From NCBI RefSeq assembly GCF_009914755.1, contig NC_060929.1: 64,000 bases of DNA. One strand, given 5' to 3'. The notes beneath the pieces are model-generated. The model was not told the DNA's origin. It did no database searches and worked only from the letters and a program-made list of their open reading frames with translations. A program made the position numbers and the translations under genes. Source of the DNA: the human T2T-CHM13v2.0 reference genome, Homo sapiens. Shown one piece after another: positions 1 through 15,600 of this stretch. Every line of letters begins with the position of its first letter. Positions within the stretch are counted from its first letter, which is position 1.

Positions 1-367
1 CCCTCATGAGCTGTTACCAGCATACCATGCAGAACCTTCTGTAAACTAGCATCAACATTTGTTTTCCTCAGGCAATCAAGGGAGGCCACAGTTGAGGGCT
101 GGTTAAAAGAGAGACACCTGTGCGTCATTGGTGGGCATGCTGAGAGATGAGTCTCTGGATCACGCTTACGCTCAGCCTCACATATGCCACTTTCATTCCA
201 CCCCGTGCTGTTATAAAAGTCAAATTGTGTGACTCATGATTTAGATCTTATGGTCACTTAATGTCCCATAGTTAGGCATCTGGTCTCTACCAGGGCCCAG
301 GAGCAATAAAGAGCCATTTCAGAAAAAAAAAAATGTTGTAATTATTTTCCAAAAAAGCATTACTAGG

Positions 368-748
368 TGATATGGTTTGGATTTGTGTCCCCCGGCCAAA
401 CCTCATGTCAAATGGTAATCTCCAGCGTTGGAGGAGGGTCTGGTAGGAGGTGACTGGATCATGGGGGCAGATCTCCCGCTTGCTGTTCTCCTGATAGTGA
501 GTTCTTGCAAGATCTGGTTGTTTAAGAGTGTGCAGCGCCTCCTCCTTCTCTTTTTCCCTCCTGCTCTAGCCCATGTAAGATGGGCCTGCTTGCCCGCTGC
601 CTTCTGCCATGATTGTAAGTTTCCTGAGGCCTCCATAGCCATGCTTCCTGTGCAGCCTGGGGAACCATGAGCCAATTAAACCTCTTTTCTTTATCAATTA
701 CCCAGTCTCAGGTAGTTCTTTATAGCAGTGTGAGAATGGACTAAGACA
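368..748 (+). mobile_element. MaLR solo LTR (MST family)
   Basis: Starts TGATATGGTTTGG, ends GACTAAGACA; contains typical MST/THE1 motifs (TGTAAGTTTCCTGAGGCCTCC, CAATTAAACCTCTTTTC); 5-bp target-site duplication CTAGG at 363-367 and 749-753. Confidence 0.9.
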
Positions 749-2279
749 CTAGGCTTGCAATAGTTTCCATGAAGCATCTCGTCCTTCCTCTTGCATCAGC
801 TGGGATACCAGATAGCAGATCTCATTGCCCTCTCTTGCTTCAAGCTCTCCTTAAAACTGTATTTTCAAGGTACTCAATAAGTGGGTCAGCACAGCATACC
901 TAAAGGAGGTATACCCTGCCTCCAACATCAGATTAAAAAAAAAAAGGCTGACCAAATAAAAAAGGAGCATTGAGTTTCATTTCAATATCAGATGGAATGA
1001 AAGTTTAATGCTTATTTTTTAGTTATAGGGTGTCAAATAACAACAACTGACTTTCACTCCCCACAGTTGGGTTACATCTGGCCTAGCAGAAACTCCAAAG
1101 TTTTGGTGGCCCTTGCAAATTTTCATTGGGCTTTCATCTCCCCTGCTCTATCTTACATGTGATTGCCAGGATATTTCTGGCTTACCTAGTTCAATAAGTA
1201 TGATGTCATCAAGAAATTGAACCAATATACTGCCCTGTTGAATGGGAAGGTAATCAAGTTCCTTAGGGCTAAATTGTGATAGAGAATAAGAATGCTGGTA
1301 TCTAGCGAAAGTAAAAGACTCCAGAATATCTGATACATTTTGCCCAAACTCATGTTCCTTTTACCCTGGCTTAACATCTTTATAATATATGACAAGACAT
1401 ATTACCTAGCATCTTCTGTAATTCAATATGAATAAATGTAAATTAATATAAATAAATATAAACAAATTGTAACACATTGTAAGTACATTGACGAGTAACT
1501 CCTTTCTTCCTGAGTCAGATTCTGTACTGTGCCTCTGGGGTATGCGGGGATCTGATTATAACTATAGGTGTAGAGGCTGTGGGGGAGGTAGAAATTGGTA
1601 TGAGAAGAACCGTCCTTTCTTCCAAGGTAACTACATTAGGTGTCGGTAGGTTTGGCCTCATCAAAGGAGGAGCCTCTGTTAGCAGGAGAAGCTCTGAAGT
1701 CCTCATTCCCTTGTCTCCTATTCTCACTCCTAACCAAAACATTTCCTATATTTGCTAAAGAAGACCTGGTGAACGAAGTTCTGAATCAACTTACACTGTA
1801 ATTCAGTCATGTGCATGATTGGCCTCCATTTGGGAGTTTTGGCGAAATCTGGCCAGCAGCTACAAGAGATAAGCAATCATTTAGGACTTAGAGGCTTGTC
1901 ACTGGACATACCTTGAACTGAGAATGTAAACCCCTGAGCTGGAATTTTCTTTCTTTGAACGCTTCAGTTTGGTCATGAGCAGCTGGCACCCGCCCTCCTT
2001 AGAGTCCTCATTCTCACTATGATGTTGCTGCAGTCACTGGGTCCTCCCTCTGCCTTCAACAGGCTTTGTATTCCCAGGGACCACAGGTGATAATTTAAGC
2101 AGCTGTTTCTTAGTGTGTCATATGTCCAAGTTCTCATTTACTAGTGGTAATTAGGTTCTTACTGCCTTCAAATCCAACCAAGGCTGATAAGCAGTTGTAT
2201 GGTCTTGTTCTTGAGGAACTGTTGCCTACAACTACTTTTTCTACCAAATTCCATATTAGTAAGCATTAAATTGCAAGAA

Positions 2280-2920
2280 ATAAAAACAGGCACAAAAAGA
2301 AGAATACTGCATGATCTCACTTACACGTGGAATCTTAAGAAGTTGATCTCGTAAAAACAGAGAGTAGAAAGGTAGTTACCAGAGAGGGGGGCTGAAGGGT
2401 AGGGTCAGGGGAGATGTTGGGAGCTAAACAATGTGTACGCATGGACATAGAGAGTGGAATAATAGACATGGAGATTAGGAAGGGTGAGAAGGTGGGAGGG
2501 GTGAGGGATAAGAAATTACTTAATGAGTATAATGTACACTACTCCAGTAATGGTTATACTAAAAGCCCAGCCTATGTCACCACTACACAATATATCCATG
2601 TAATAAAAAATTGCACTTATACCCCTAAATTTGTACAAATGTTTTAAGCAAGACACAAAATTTCAATTAGACTAGAGGAATAAGTTTTGGTGATCTACTG
2701 CACTGCATGGTGACCACAGTTAATCATAATGTATTGCATATTTCAAAACTGCCAAAAGAATAGATTTGTAACATTCTCTTTCCACACACACAAAATAAGT
2801 TAGTGAGGGGATGGACATATTAATTTGCTTGATTTAATTTTTCTACAATGTATCTATAAATCAAAACAGTACATTGTACCCCATAATATACACACTTGTT
2901 AATTTAAAATATATAATTTT
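2280..2920 (+). mobile_element. L1M-type 3' end fragments (possibly nested)
   Basis: L1 3'UTR motifs such as ATACTGCATGATCTCACTTA, GGTGACCACAGTTAAT and ACATTGTACCCCATAA; boundaries approximate. Confidence 0.7.
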
Positions 2921-3775
2921 TTAATCCCACCCTAACCATTTTAAGTAGAGAGGAATTTAAAATGGAGTGTCCACAATATTGCTGTACACCGGGTTGGAAA
3001 ACTGGTTCCAGCCTGGGCCTTCAGAAAGGACCCCAGAGCACTGCAAGCCAAAGTAGACCGAAGGCTGCTACCTCTGCTGAGTGAGGAAGGCACAGAGTCA
3101 GGAGAGCGTGCACCTGTGTCTGCAGGTCCTCCTTTCCTAGCGAAACAAGAAGGTTCCAGCCATCTCTGCTGCAAAGGGTCTTGATGCCTACAAGACGAGT
3201 GAGGACATCCTGGAACACTATGGGGATGGCAGGGCAAGCTCCCCTATACAGCCAGAGCAGCAGAAGCTGGTCTTTCCCTTGCTTCTTCCTTCCACAACTT
3301 CTGTGAGTGCATCTAATCGGCAGGCTCTAACTCACATCCAAAACTCTAACCATGAACATGTAGGGTTAGCTGTCTAGACCCTCCAATCCACAAAAGACCT
3401 ACCAGAGGGAAGATTAAGGATGCTGTTGCCGACCACCTCTATCTACCACATTAAGCCATGTTTAAGATGATATCTACCATAACTTAATGCAATCATTTCC
3501 TTCGCTGTGATTTATCATATGCGTCATTTGTTTGCAACCTCAGTACCACTGGAGAAGTTTGTGGTTTTCTTTTCTAATTGTTTTTCTACAATTTGTTTTC
3601 ATTTCCGTTACTTAAGTTTTAGGGTCCTATGACAGCTACTTAATCCAAACAACTAATCTTCAGCTGGGGAGTTAACTAAATGAGTGCTGAGCAAGCATTT
3701 TTGCTCACTTCTTTAAAATAACTACTCTCCTCGGGTCAAATGTTTTGCTTTTTATATGATATTCACAGAAAGCTC

Positions 3776-4073
3776 TTTTTTTTTTTTCTTTGAGATGGAG
3801 TTTCACTCTTGTTGCCCAGGCTAGAGTGCAATGGCACAATCTCAGCTCACCGCAACCTCCATCTCCCAGGTTGAAGCAATTCTCCTGCCTCAGCCTCCCG
3901 AATAGCTAGGATTACAGGCATGAGGCACCACGCCTGGCTAATTTTGTATTTTTAGTAGAGATGGAGTTTCTCCGCGTTGGTCAGGCTGGTCTTGAACTCC
4001 CGACCTCAGGTGATCCGCCTGCCTCGGCCTCCCAAAGTGCTAGGATTACAGGCGTGAGCCACCATGCCCAGCC
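3776..4073 (-). mobile_element. Alu (AluS-like), full length
   Basis: Poly-T followed by reverse-complement Alu; TSD CACAGAAAGCTC on both sides (3764-3775 and 4074-4085). Confidence 0.95.
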
Positions 4074-4123
4074 CACAGAAAGCTCTTTAAATAAATATGC
4101 AGATGTAAAACTATATATATGTA

Positions 4124-4300
4124 ACAGGGTCTTGCTCTGTTACCCAGGATGGAGTTCAGTGGTGCAATCACAGCTTCCTGCAGCCTCAACTTCCTGGGCT
4201 CAAGTGATCCTCTTGCCTCAGCCTCCTGAGTAGCTGGGACTGCAGACACACATCACCATACCCAGCTAATTAGAGATGAGGTAATGTGTTGTCCAGACTT
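4124..4300 (-). mobile_element. Old Alu fragment (AluJ-like)
   Basis: CAGGGTCTTGCTCTGTTACCCAGG...CCTCAGCCTCCTGAGTAGCTGGGAC, diverged and truncated. Confidence 0.8.
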
Positions 4301-4779
4301 AAAGCAATAATTTTTCCTGTGATATTTTATCATTAGGTTTCTTAAGACTTCTGTTTTTTTCTTTTATGGTTTCGATGGCAGGCGCACTTTGCTCCTAACT
4401 CTCAGTTATTAGATTCAGAAGAGTCTGAACCTTCACAGCTTAGCTGTGGCTTAGTTGGGGCTCACTGCTACATCTCTACCAGTAGGCAAGTTCCTGGGGA
4501 GGAGGCCCACTGAGTTTGTTCACCTCCATGTCCCAGCACATGAAACAGGGCCTGGCATGAAGCAGGCCAGCAGCTCTATAAAACATGTTCAATGAATGGA
4601 CAAATTAATGGAGTTTGCCTTCATAGATACCTTCCCAAATCTGGTTTCCTACTATTTAAGTCTCTATTACAGTCAGTCATCTTAGGAATAAAGGTAGGCA
4701 TTGACCACCCAAAAGGCTGTTTCTGTCTTCTTCACAAAGTGGGGCTGGAAAGTGGGTGGCATTATCACTGACAGAGTCT

Positions 4780-5205
4780 TCTGTAGCGGCCACTTGCATG
4801 ACAGGAATGGCCAGTACCCAGCACCTTTCCATGGTAGTCATGCCTGATACCATGTGTAAGGAACATGGCTGTGCTGCCGCTAATCAGGCATGGGGCAGCA
4901 GGCATAGGCTGAGGTAAACAGCCTGGATGACTCAGCAGGTTTGTGGTGCAGGCGCACAGTCCCATGATTTATATAATCACAGCCATGTGGACATAACATA
5001 AAGAAGTTCACCACCTGGCTCTCAGCCACTATTGTGTAATGTATAAAAGTAACACTGACCCTGTGAGGGAGCTGCTGAATAAAGGCATGCCTCATCTACC
5101 TGATGTCTCTTGAGTGTTGAGTGTTCTTCCAGCTCCCTGCCCCACATCCACCTGCTCCTCTCAGCCCTCATCTGGGGCTGGAACCTGACTCTGAGCATGA
5201 CCCCA
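4780..5205 (+). mobile_element. Probable ERV LTR fragment
   Basis: TG start, TATA-like TGTATAAAAG (~5040) and AATAAA (~5078) at LTR-like spacing; family not identified. Confidence 0.45.
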
Positions 5206-6199
5206 TGTAGGTATCTGCCCTTGTCTGTTTGTGCGGCCCATGGGGCAGGGGGAGCTGACTTCACTGCAGTAGGGCAGGGCACAGGACTGAGACCCAGGCT
5301 TCTCTCAGCTGCAGGACTGGTGTGAGGTCCAGTATGAGCACCTGACCCAAGTGAGCCAAACATAGTGAAACATGGGATTTTGTTTGCTAGTGGCTGGCAT
5401 AGATGTTCTTTCCTAGCGGATGAGAACCCAGAGGGATGCAGACCAAGGAGTGGCTATAACCCATCAGGTGATTATGAAGAGGGGGCTTGTCTGATCCTTG
5501 AAATAGAATCCCAAGGTCAGATCCACTGAACTCTGGATCTGACAAGTTACATGAGCCAATACATTTCTGTAACATAAAATGAAGTTGAACTTTCTGTTTC
5601 TTACAACTGAAGTGTTTCTAAGTGATAGAACTACCTGACTTTGGCAGAATCTCAGATAACTTTGCCTGATCAAAAGTCTCCATGATTGTTTATACTTCTG
5701 GGGGGGAAAAAGGAAACATCGTCTGCATTTTTCCTTTCCTCTTCCTTTCCAACACCTTTGAGTTTCTTAGCCAGTTCTTGAAAGCAAGGATGAGTCTGAC
5801 AACCTGCAATGTGTTTTCAGAGTCTGATTATATGTCTTTGCAAAAGTCCTTCTCGTATCTTATTTCTGAACTTTCGAAGAGGTCTCAACCTGTACTTCAA
5901 CAGATATTTAAGTTTTCTTCTTAACACTCATAAAGCCCCTTACTAGACAGGAAATCTTTTAATAGAAATTTATAATATAAATAAAGAGGATATATTCAAG
6001 AGACATTTGGGGTTCATACTTTCCTATCTTTTTTTTTTTTTTTTTTTTTTTGCCGTGAAGACTCTTTTTCACTATGGTGTAAGTTGAATAACGTGTAAAA
6101 GTCTTGAAACTTTCAGCACATATCTGGAATGTGTTGTTCAAGTGTAGCACTGTTTTTCTTTATGTCAGGGCTGGAAGATGAGGCCACAAGAAAATTTCT

Positions 6200-6860
<661 letters not shown>

Positions 6861-7189
6861 TGATCTTTCTTTGTTAAATCTAGAAAGAAAGTAAACAATC
6901 TCCTCTGAGTTACAGGTATCTTTGAAGTAACACATCTCAATTTCCTGCCTAAAGCTGACTCTTCATTCCCAGTTCAGGACGACAACTTCCCACCCCTTCT
7001 GTACTCTTACTTTCTAGTGGTTCAAGCTGGAATCTCAGGAGTCGCTCATGATGATTTCCCTTAATTCTACATGTAATCCCCATGACTGCCTTGCTGGCAA
7101 TAACTGCATGAATCCTCACTCCTTCTTCTTTTTTTTTTCAGTTATTTTATTTGAAATTCCCTGTCATTACCTTGCATTTACTTTCTATT

Positions 7190-8130
<941 letters not shown>

Positions 8131-9960
8131 ACATTTACAAAACTCCCAAGCATTCCTATACACCAACAATAGACAAGCAGAGAGCAAAATCATGAATGAA
8201 CCCCCATTCACAATTGCTACAAAGAAAATAAAATACCTAGGAATGCAGCTTACAAGGGACATGAAGGACCCCTTCAAGGAGAGCTAAAAATCACTGCTCA
8301 AGGAAATAAGAGAGGACACAAACAAGTGGAAAAACATTCCATCCTCATGAATAGGAAGAATCAATATTGTGAAAATGGCCATACTGCCCAAATTAATTTA
8401 TAGATTCAATGCTATTCCCATCAAGCTACCATTGACATTCTTCACAGAATTAGAAAAAAAAACTACTTTAAATTTCATATGGAACCAAAAAAGAGCCCAT
8501 ATAGCAAAGACAATCCTAAGCAATAAGAACAAAGCTGGAGGCATCATGCTACTTGACTTCAAACTATACTACAAGACTACAGTAACCAAAACAGCAGCTA
8601 CTGGTACCAAAACAGACATATAGATCAACAGAACAGAACAGAGACCTCAGAAAATAACACCATGCATCTACAACCATCTGATCGTCGACAAATCTGACAA
8701 AAACAAGCAATGTTTAATAAATGGTAAACTGGCTAGCTATACGCAGAAAACTGAAATTGGACCCCTTCCTTACACCTTATACAAAAATTAATTCAAGATG
8801 GATTAAAGACTTAAATGTAAAACCCAAAACCATAAAAACCCTAGAAGAAAATGTAGGCAATACCATTCCAGACATAGGCATGGGCAAAGACTTCATGATG
8901 AAAACACCAAAAGCAATTGCAACAAAAGCCAAAATTGCCAAATGGGATCTAATTAAATTAAAGAGCATCTGTACAGCAAAAGAAATTAGCATCATAGTGA
9001 ACAGGCAATCTACAGAAAGGGAGAAATTTTTGCAATCTACCCATCTGACAAAGGTCTAATATCCAGAATCTACAAGGAACTTAAACAAATTTACAAGAAA
9101 AAAAAAACCCATAAAAAAGTGGGCAAAGGATATGAACAGACACTTCTCAAAAGAAGACATTTATGTGGCCAACAAACATATGAAAAAAAGCTCATCATTA
9201 CTGATCATTACAGAAATGCAAATCAAAACCACTATGAGATACCATCTCACGCCAGTCCGAATGGTGAGTATTAAATAGTCAAGAAACAATAGATGCTGGT
9301 GAGGCTGTGGAGAAATAGGAATGCTTTTACACTGCTGGTGGGAATGTAAATTAGTTCAACCACTGTGGAAGACAGTGTGGTGTGATTCATTGAGGATCTA
9401 GAACCACGAATACCATTTGACCCAGCAATCCCATTACTGGGTATATACCCAAAGGAATATAAATCATTCTACTATAAAGACACATGCACTCGTATGTTTA
9501 TTGCAGCACTATTTACAATAGCAAAGGCATGGAACCAACCCAAATGCCCATTAATGACAGACTGGATAAAGAAATGTGGTACACATACACTATGGAATAC
9601 TATGCAGCCATAAAAAAGAATGAGTTCATGTCCTTTGCAGGGGCACGGATGAAGTTGGAAGCCATCATCCTCAGCAAACTAACACAGGAACAGAAAACCA
9701 AATACCGCATGTTCTCATTCCTAAGTGGGAGTTGAACAACGAGACTATATGTACACAGGGAGGGGAACAACACACACCACAGCCTGTCGGGGATGGGGGG
9801 CAAGGGGACAGAGACCATTAGAACAAATACCTAATACATGTGGGGCTTAAAACCTAGATGATGGGTTGATAGGTGCAGCAAAACCACCATGGCCCAAGTA
9901 TACCTGTGTAACAAACCTGCACATTCTGCACATGTATCCTGGAACTTAAAGTAAAATAAA
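8131..9960 (+). mobile_element. 5'-truncated primate L1 (L1PA): ORF2 C-terminus plus 3'UTR, disrupted
   Basis: ORF fragments match L1 ORF2p ([28 protein letters not shown]; [21 protein letters not shown]; MEYYAAIKKNEFMSFAG), broken by stops and frameshifts; ends in the L1 3'UTR and an A-rich tail. Confidence 0.95.
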
Positions 9961-10599
9961 ATTAATTAATTAATTAAAAAGAAAAGCAAATTGAGGAAGT
10001 GTGCATTAAGGAAATACACAAGAGGAATTACTACCACACTCATATTAAATTGGCTAAAATTAAGAGACTGATTATATCTAGTGTTGGCAAGGAAGGGGAG
10101 GAATTGGACACTCATATATACTGCTGGTAGGATGTAGTACAGCCTCTTTGGAATACACTTTGGGATCCTCGCTCCTTCTATTTCCATCTAACTCCACTGC
10201 CAGGACTGCAGCCATGCCTCCATTCTCTGTGTCCTGGATCACAGCCTTGTCCCTGGTGTCCTGGCTTCTTCTGCTGCCTTGTCCCAGTCCATCTCCCATG
10301 AGAGGCAGTATGAAATATGTTTAAAGTAAAGTCAGATTATGCCACTCCATTTCTTTAACCTCTTCAAAGATCTAAAACTTTTCTACTCTGGCTTACAAGA
10401 CTCTATATGATCTGGCCTGTTCCCCATCCCTCCTCTTAAGTAAATCAATACCAAGTGGCCCCTTGTTCACTATAGTCTGGGTTACCTGAGCTGACTTCTG
10501 ATGCTTTAACATGCCACATTCACTCCAGATAGGGAGACTTCCTGTCATTACTCCCACTGCCTGGAAGTTTGCTCTTGGTTTTTGTTGTCTTTTTTTCTC

Positions 10600-11720
10600 C
10601 AAAGAGACTTTATTTTTTAGAGCAGTTTTACTTTCACGGCAAAATCAAGCAAAAAGGACAGAGTTCTCATATACCACCTGCCCCCATGCATGCACAGCCT
10701 CCTCCACTATCAACACCACACTCATAGTGGTACGTTTGTTATAACCAGTGAGTTTACACTGACACATTGTTACGTGTCACGCCAAAGTTCATAGTCTACA
10801 TTGGGGTTCACTCAGTGTTGGACATTTTAGGAGTTTTGACAAATGTAACACATGTATCCACCGCTATGATATACAGAATTCTTTCACTGCCCTAAAAATC
10901 CTTCTGCCTGTTCATCCCTTCCTCCCCTATCTCAAACCAAGGAAACCACTTTTTTTTTTTTTAAAAAATGTCTCTATCATTTCCCTTTTCTAGAATGCCA
11001 TATAGTTGGAAGGACACAGCATGTAGCCTTTTCAGGTTGACTTCTTTCCCTTAGTAATATTCATTTAAGGTTTCCCCATGCCTTTTCATGGCTTGAGAGC
11101 TCATTTATTTTTTAGCCCTGTATAATATTCCATGGTTTGTGATATGGTTTGGATGTGTCCCCACCCAAACCTCATCTTGAATTGTAGCTCACATAATCCG
11201 CATGTGTTGTGGGAGAGACCCAGCGGGAGGTAATTGAATCACGAGGGTGATTACCCCCATGTTGCTATTCTCATGATAGTGAGTTCACACACGATCTGAG
11301 GGTTTTATAAGGGGCTTTTCCCGTATTTGTTTGACACTTCTCTTTCCTACTGCCATGTGAAGGGCATGTTTGCTTCCCCCTTCCTCCATGATTGTAAGTT
11401 TCCTGAGGCCTCCCCAGCCCTGTGGAACTGTGAGTCAATTACACCTCTTTCCTTTATAAATTACCCAGTCTTGGGCAGTTCTTTATAGTAGTGTGAGAAC
11501 AGACTAATTCAGTCTGCATGCATCCCAGTTGATTTATCCATTCACCTACTAAAGGAACATCTTGCTTTCTTCCATGTTTTGACAATTCTGAATAAAGCTG
11601 CTTAAATATTCATGTGCAGGACTGTGTGTGATGTTAAGTTTCAACTCATGTGCAGGATTGTGTGTGATGTTAAGTTTCAACTCATCTCGGTAAAGACCAA
11701 GGAGCATGATTGCTGCAGCT
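10600..11720 (-). mobile_element. Old L1M fragment interrupted by THE1 LTR
   Basis: Antisense L1 3' motifs on both sides of the THE1 insertion; 36-bp tandem duplication at ~11611-11685. Confidence 0.7.
11140..11511 (+). mobile_element. THE1 solo LTR (MaLR)
   Basis: TGATATGGTTTGG...CTCATCTTGAATTGTAGCTC...AGACTAATTCA; flanks GTTTG/GTCTG (5-bp TSD, 1 mismatch). Confidence 0.9.
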
Positions 11721-12484
11721 TTTGGTTTTTAACCTCACTGGATTATACTTTTACCCAGATATCAGCTGTTTAACATATTAATGTATTAATTCACTCAGCT
11801 TACTGATTCAGCAATCATTTCTTGGTAACTGATGTTTAGGAGACATGGTCTGGGTGTTGGGGACATGACAGTAAGTAGAGTGGGTTCTGCCCACTGGCAC
11901 GGATGTCAGGGCACAAGGACTGGAGAGGATGATGCACACAGTGAGAGGTGCTGGGAGTCACACACATGCTGACTATGGCTGGCTGACCCCGTGACAGGGC
12001 GTGGGAGTAAAGAGGAGTCAGACAAACTCCTCAGTTTTCGGTCCTAGCAAGTGGGAGAACAGGGGCACATGCAGGCATCGTGCTGCAGGGAGATGCTCCT
12101 CGCAGGACCCAGGACAGAACCGGCTGCCAGGGATGGCAGCGACCATGATGGCTGTGGTGGGACAGGCAGACAGCTATCTTACCAACAGAACTCATGCTGC
12201 TTATATGTGGCGAGGAGACAAAGGAAAAAAAGGGAAGGACCAAGAATGATACCAAAAAAAAAAAACCAAAAAAGTTTGATATTCAAAACTCTATCAAGGA
12301 CATTTCCCATAGAAACTGGACTTGAATGGACCTTAGAGAACTGGTTGGATTTACTGCCTAGGATGGAAGGGGGTGCCACTTGCACGCCAAGCCCAATATT
12401 GCAGAGGGGCTGATTGGAGCTGTGCACTGTGAAGGATGAGAGCTGGGCACACACAACAACTGAGGAATTCATTGGGAGGTGAGT

Positions 12485-12600
12485 CAGAAGGAGGAGGAGG
12501 ATGAAGAGGAAGAGGAGGAGGAGGGTGAGGAGGAGGGAGAGGGGAAGGAGGACGGGGAGGGAGGGGGAAGGAGGGGGAGGAGGAGGAGGAGGAGAAGGGG
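12485..12600. repeat. (GGA)n / GA-rich polypurine simple repeat
   Basis: Nearly pure purine tract of imperfect GGA units. Confidence 0.9.
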
Positions 12601-15600
12601 CTGCACATGCCTCAGCAAGGGCAGTACTGAGCAGAAGATGATCATAAAGTCACTTCCTCCATGTCTTGGTTTTTAAATCATTGCTGTCTGTGGGATTTGT
12701 CCTCTGGGCTCCTTCTTACCCCAGATGCAGTCTTGGGCACACACCCTAGCCTTTCCAGTCACTCGGAGACAACACAGTCCAGTGTGATGTGCTGTCACTT
12801 ATTTCCTGTCTTCAACTTAGCTTCTTACCCATGGAGCTGGTGGCCGTTCTTAGACGCTAGCAAGATGGGTGTGGGTGGGTGGGAATGGGGCAAGACAGGC
12901 TTTTCCTCTGTTCCAACATTTTCCTTATTCACCAGCTTGTTTGTGACCCCTCCAAGCTTGGGGTAGGAGAAGGGATCAGGAGAAAAAGATGCAGTCTTTG
13001 TAACCTGGCTTCCCAAAGTGCTTGAGTCATAGTCCAAGAACAAAGAACAGGCTGGTGGGGTGGGCTTCTCTCCTGCAGCGAGCTCCTTGGGACGGAAGAG
13101 CATCTTCCGCACAGGACTGGGGCAGAGCTCAGCCAGGAGACCCACATTACACCCAGATTATTTTAAGAGAGAAAAGGTAAAAGCAAAACACTAAAATATC
13201 ACAGGAGGAGCCACCGCAAGAAGCAGCTGACACCTTGGGCTGGAGAGAATAAAAGAAAGAGGAAGGAGTGAGCAAAACTCAGAAATGTGGAGGAGCTGCC
13301 ACCCAGAAATCACACTCAGACATATGAAGAAGGGACCTTCTGGGCTGGTGCTGAGGCCTCTGCTCTCGGACTCAGGGCTCTGTGGAGCTGGGAAACCAAC
13401 TTTGCTGGTATCTCCGAGGGGATGCTATGAGGCTGGCTCTGCGTGTGTCAGAGAAACTGCAGACCCAATTTGTATGCCGCTCTGTTCATGAACTGCCACT
13501 GCCAGGGTGCGAAAGCAAGGACAGCAAGACGCTAGCAGGACCAGGAGTCGGACGGGACAGAATGGGAGGCACAGGCCCCTCTCCTACCTCTTATCTTCTG
13601 GTTTCCTTGGGTATATCTGTTGGCACAGCTGAACAGAACTCTGGCAGGAGAGGTGGCACGTGGCTCCCCAGTCCCTACGTCACAAGGCAGAGTATAAAAG
13701 GGAAGGTGTGGGGCCGAGAGACAGTAACTTAACCACCAGCTCAGGGTCCTGGGATTCATCCCTCTTCCAGTCAGCAGGAAGTGACAAAGAGCACAGGAAG
13801 GCCCTAGGGGCCAGGCCCCTTTTGCTGATGTTTGGCTGGTAGAACTTAATCACGTGTCAGGTGCAGGGAGGCTGGGGAATAACTAGACAGAATAGAAACA
13901 AGTTTTGGTGAGTGGCTGCCACTGGTGCTGTGTGGATACAGTTCAAAGTGAGGACTTTCCAGCTGTGGACATCCAGCTACAGTTCTTTGAATGGGGGATG
14001 GAAGAGCAAAGTTTTATTTCTGGCTGCTCACTTTGCCTCAGCCTCGCTTTCCTCCCAGCTCCCACTGAAATGCCCACCGTATCCAGTATGCAGAACTCCT
14101 GCTCATCCCAGTGCGGGTGAGCATGCGGCTCAGTCACCTCCAACCCATCTCCTGGAGCTGTCCCACGGTTCCCTTGGAACCACTCTAGGGCATGTAGCGT
14201 CTGACTCTGAGTGCTTCACTTCGTGGGGGCACTGATTAAAATAAAGCTCTGGAATATAGCATCATCGAGAGGCAACTGTTGATTTAATTTATTAACATAT
14301 ACATCCACTGAAATGGCTGCTAGATGTGGTCTAGAAACCAAGGAGACCCCCCACTGGCCTCAGGTGAATGGGAAACACATCCCTCCCTTTCCTATCCCTC
14401 CTCAGAGTTAGGTGGGACATGCCCTTGCCAGCTGCTCTACAGAGAATCCCCTCCTCAACACCTGTCACCTCTGAGCACCTGCCGCCTTCTTCCTCCGATC
14501 CCGGAAGCTACAAGAAGCTTCTCGTGTGACCAACTCTTACAGCCGCCAGGTGTTCACAAACCCGCAAGGCAGAGTGGGCTTGTCCTCCTTTACAGAGGGC
14601 GACTGCAATGTGAGAGTTGTGAAAGTCCTTTCAAATGTTGCTTTTTTTTTTTTACTTTTCTCAATCAGCTTTCTCAGGTTGAAGAAAATTTTGCTTAATA
14701 ATCATATCAGTTTTGCTTTCTATTTCAAACTAATTGTTTCAAAACTAAATTTTATTTGTCCGGTTTCTAAGTAACATCAGTGTTTCAGGAAGAAGCAACA
14801 TGTTTACTCTCCGGCTTCAAATCACTTTGAGGGTAAGAGCTGAGGCTGTGAGCAAATTGCTGATGTCTGAGGACAAGTCGAAACCCCACCACTATAACCC
14901 TGAGTGTTGAGAAAAACTGGAGCAAAGACAGCTTAGGACTAAGCCTGGTGGAACGTGTGTGGGCGGATAGCAAAGTGGTTCCCACAAGACGCCTTTCACC
15001 CTAGGATGCCCCAGAGGATGGCCTTTCCCCTCAGCAAGAAGGTTCGGTTAAGTCCTAATACCGTCGGAAATTCTATTTATGTGGAAAACACACAGGGAAA
15101 GACAGACATCTTGTGGGCATATGGTAGCATTACATCACAGGTCTGGAAATTAATACCTAATAATCAGGGGGTCATATCATTGAATAACACACTGTTAGTC
15201 ACAAACAATTCCATCAAACATCTCTCCAATTAAAAGAAATAAATGAACATATAGTTCATTTTTCTTACGGTTAAATGCATCAATTAAAAGCATAGCCTTG
15301 AACTTCCAAAGAATAGACAGCTTTCCATTTTGAGTTCTCCTTGGTTTCTAGACCATATCTATTAGCCATTTCAGTGGAAGTATATGTTAATAAACTAAAT
15401 CAACAGTTACCTCTCAATGATGCTAATTCCAGAGCTTTCGTTTTAAGCAGACACCAAGTATCTGAGAGGTAATGAGCGTGTGGGGTGAGAAGTGAGACTT
15501 TTTGAGTTGGATCCTCTGAACAGCTGGCTGGATTCGACAGGCACAGGGAATCCCAAGACCAGAGACTGGAATGCAGACATTCCTCCGGGTCTTAGGGCTT

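Noticed and set aside
8369-9735. ORFs resembling a retroelement protein
   Set aside because: Broken pieces of a 5'-truncated L1 ORF2; not a functional gene.
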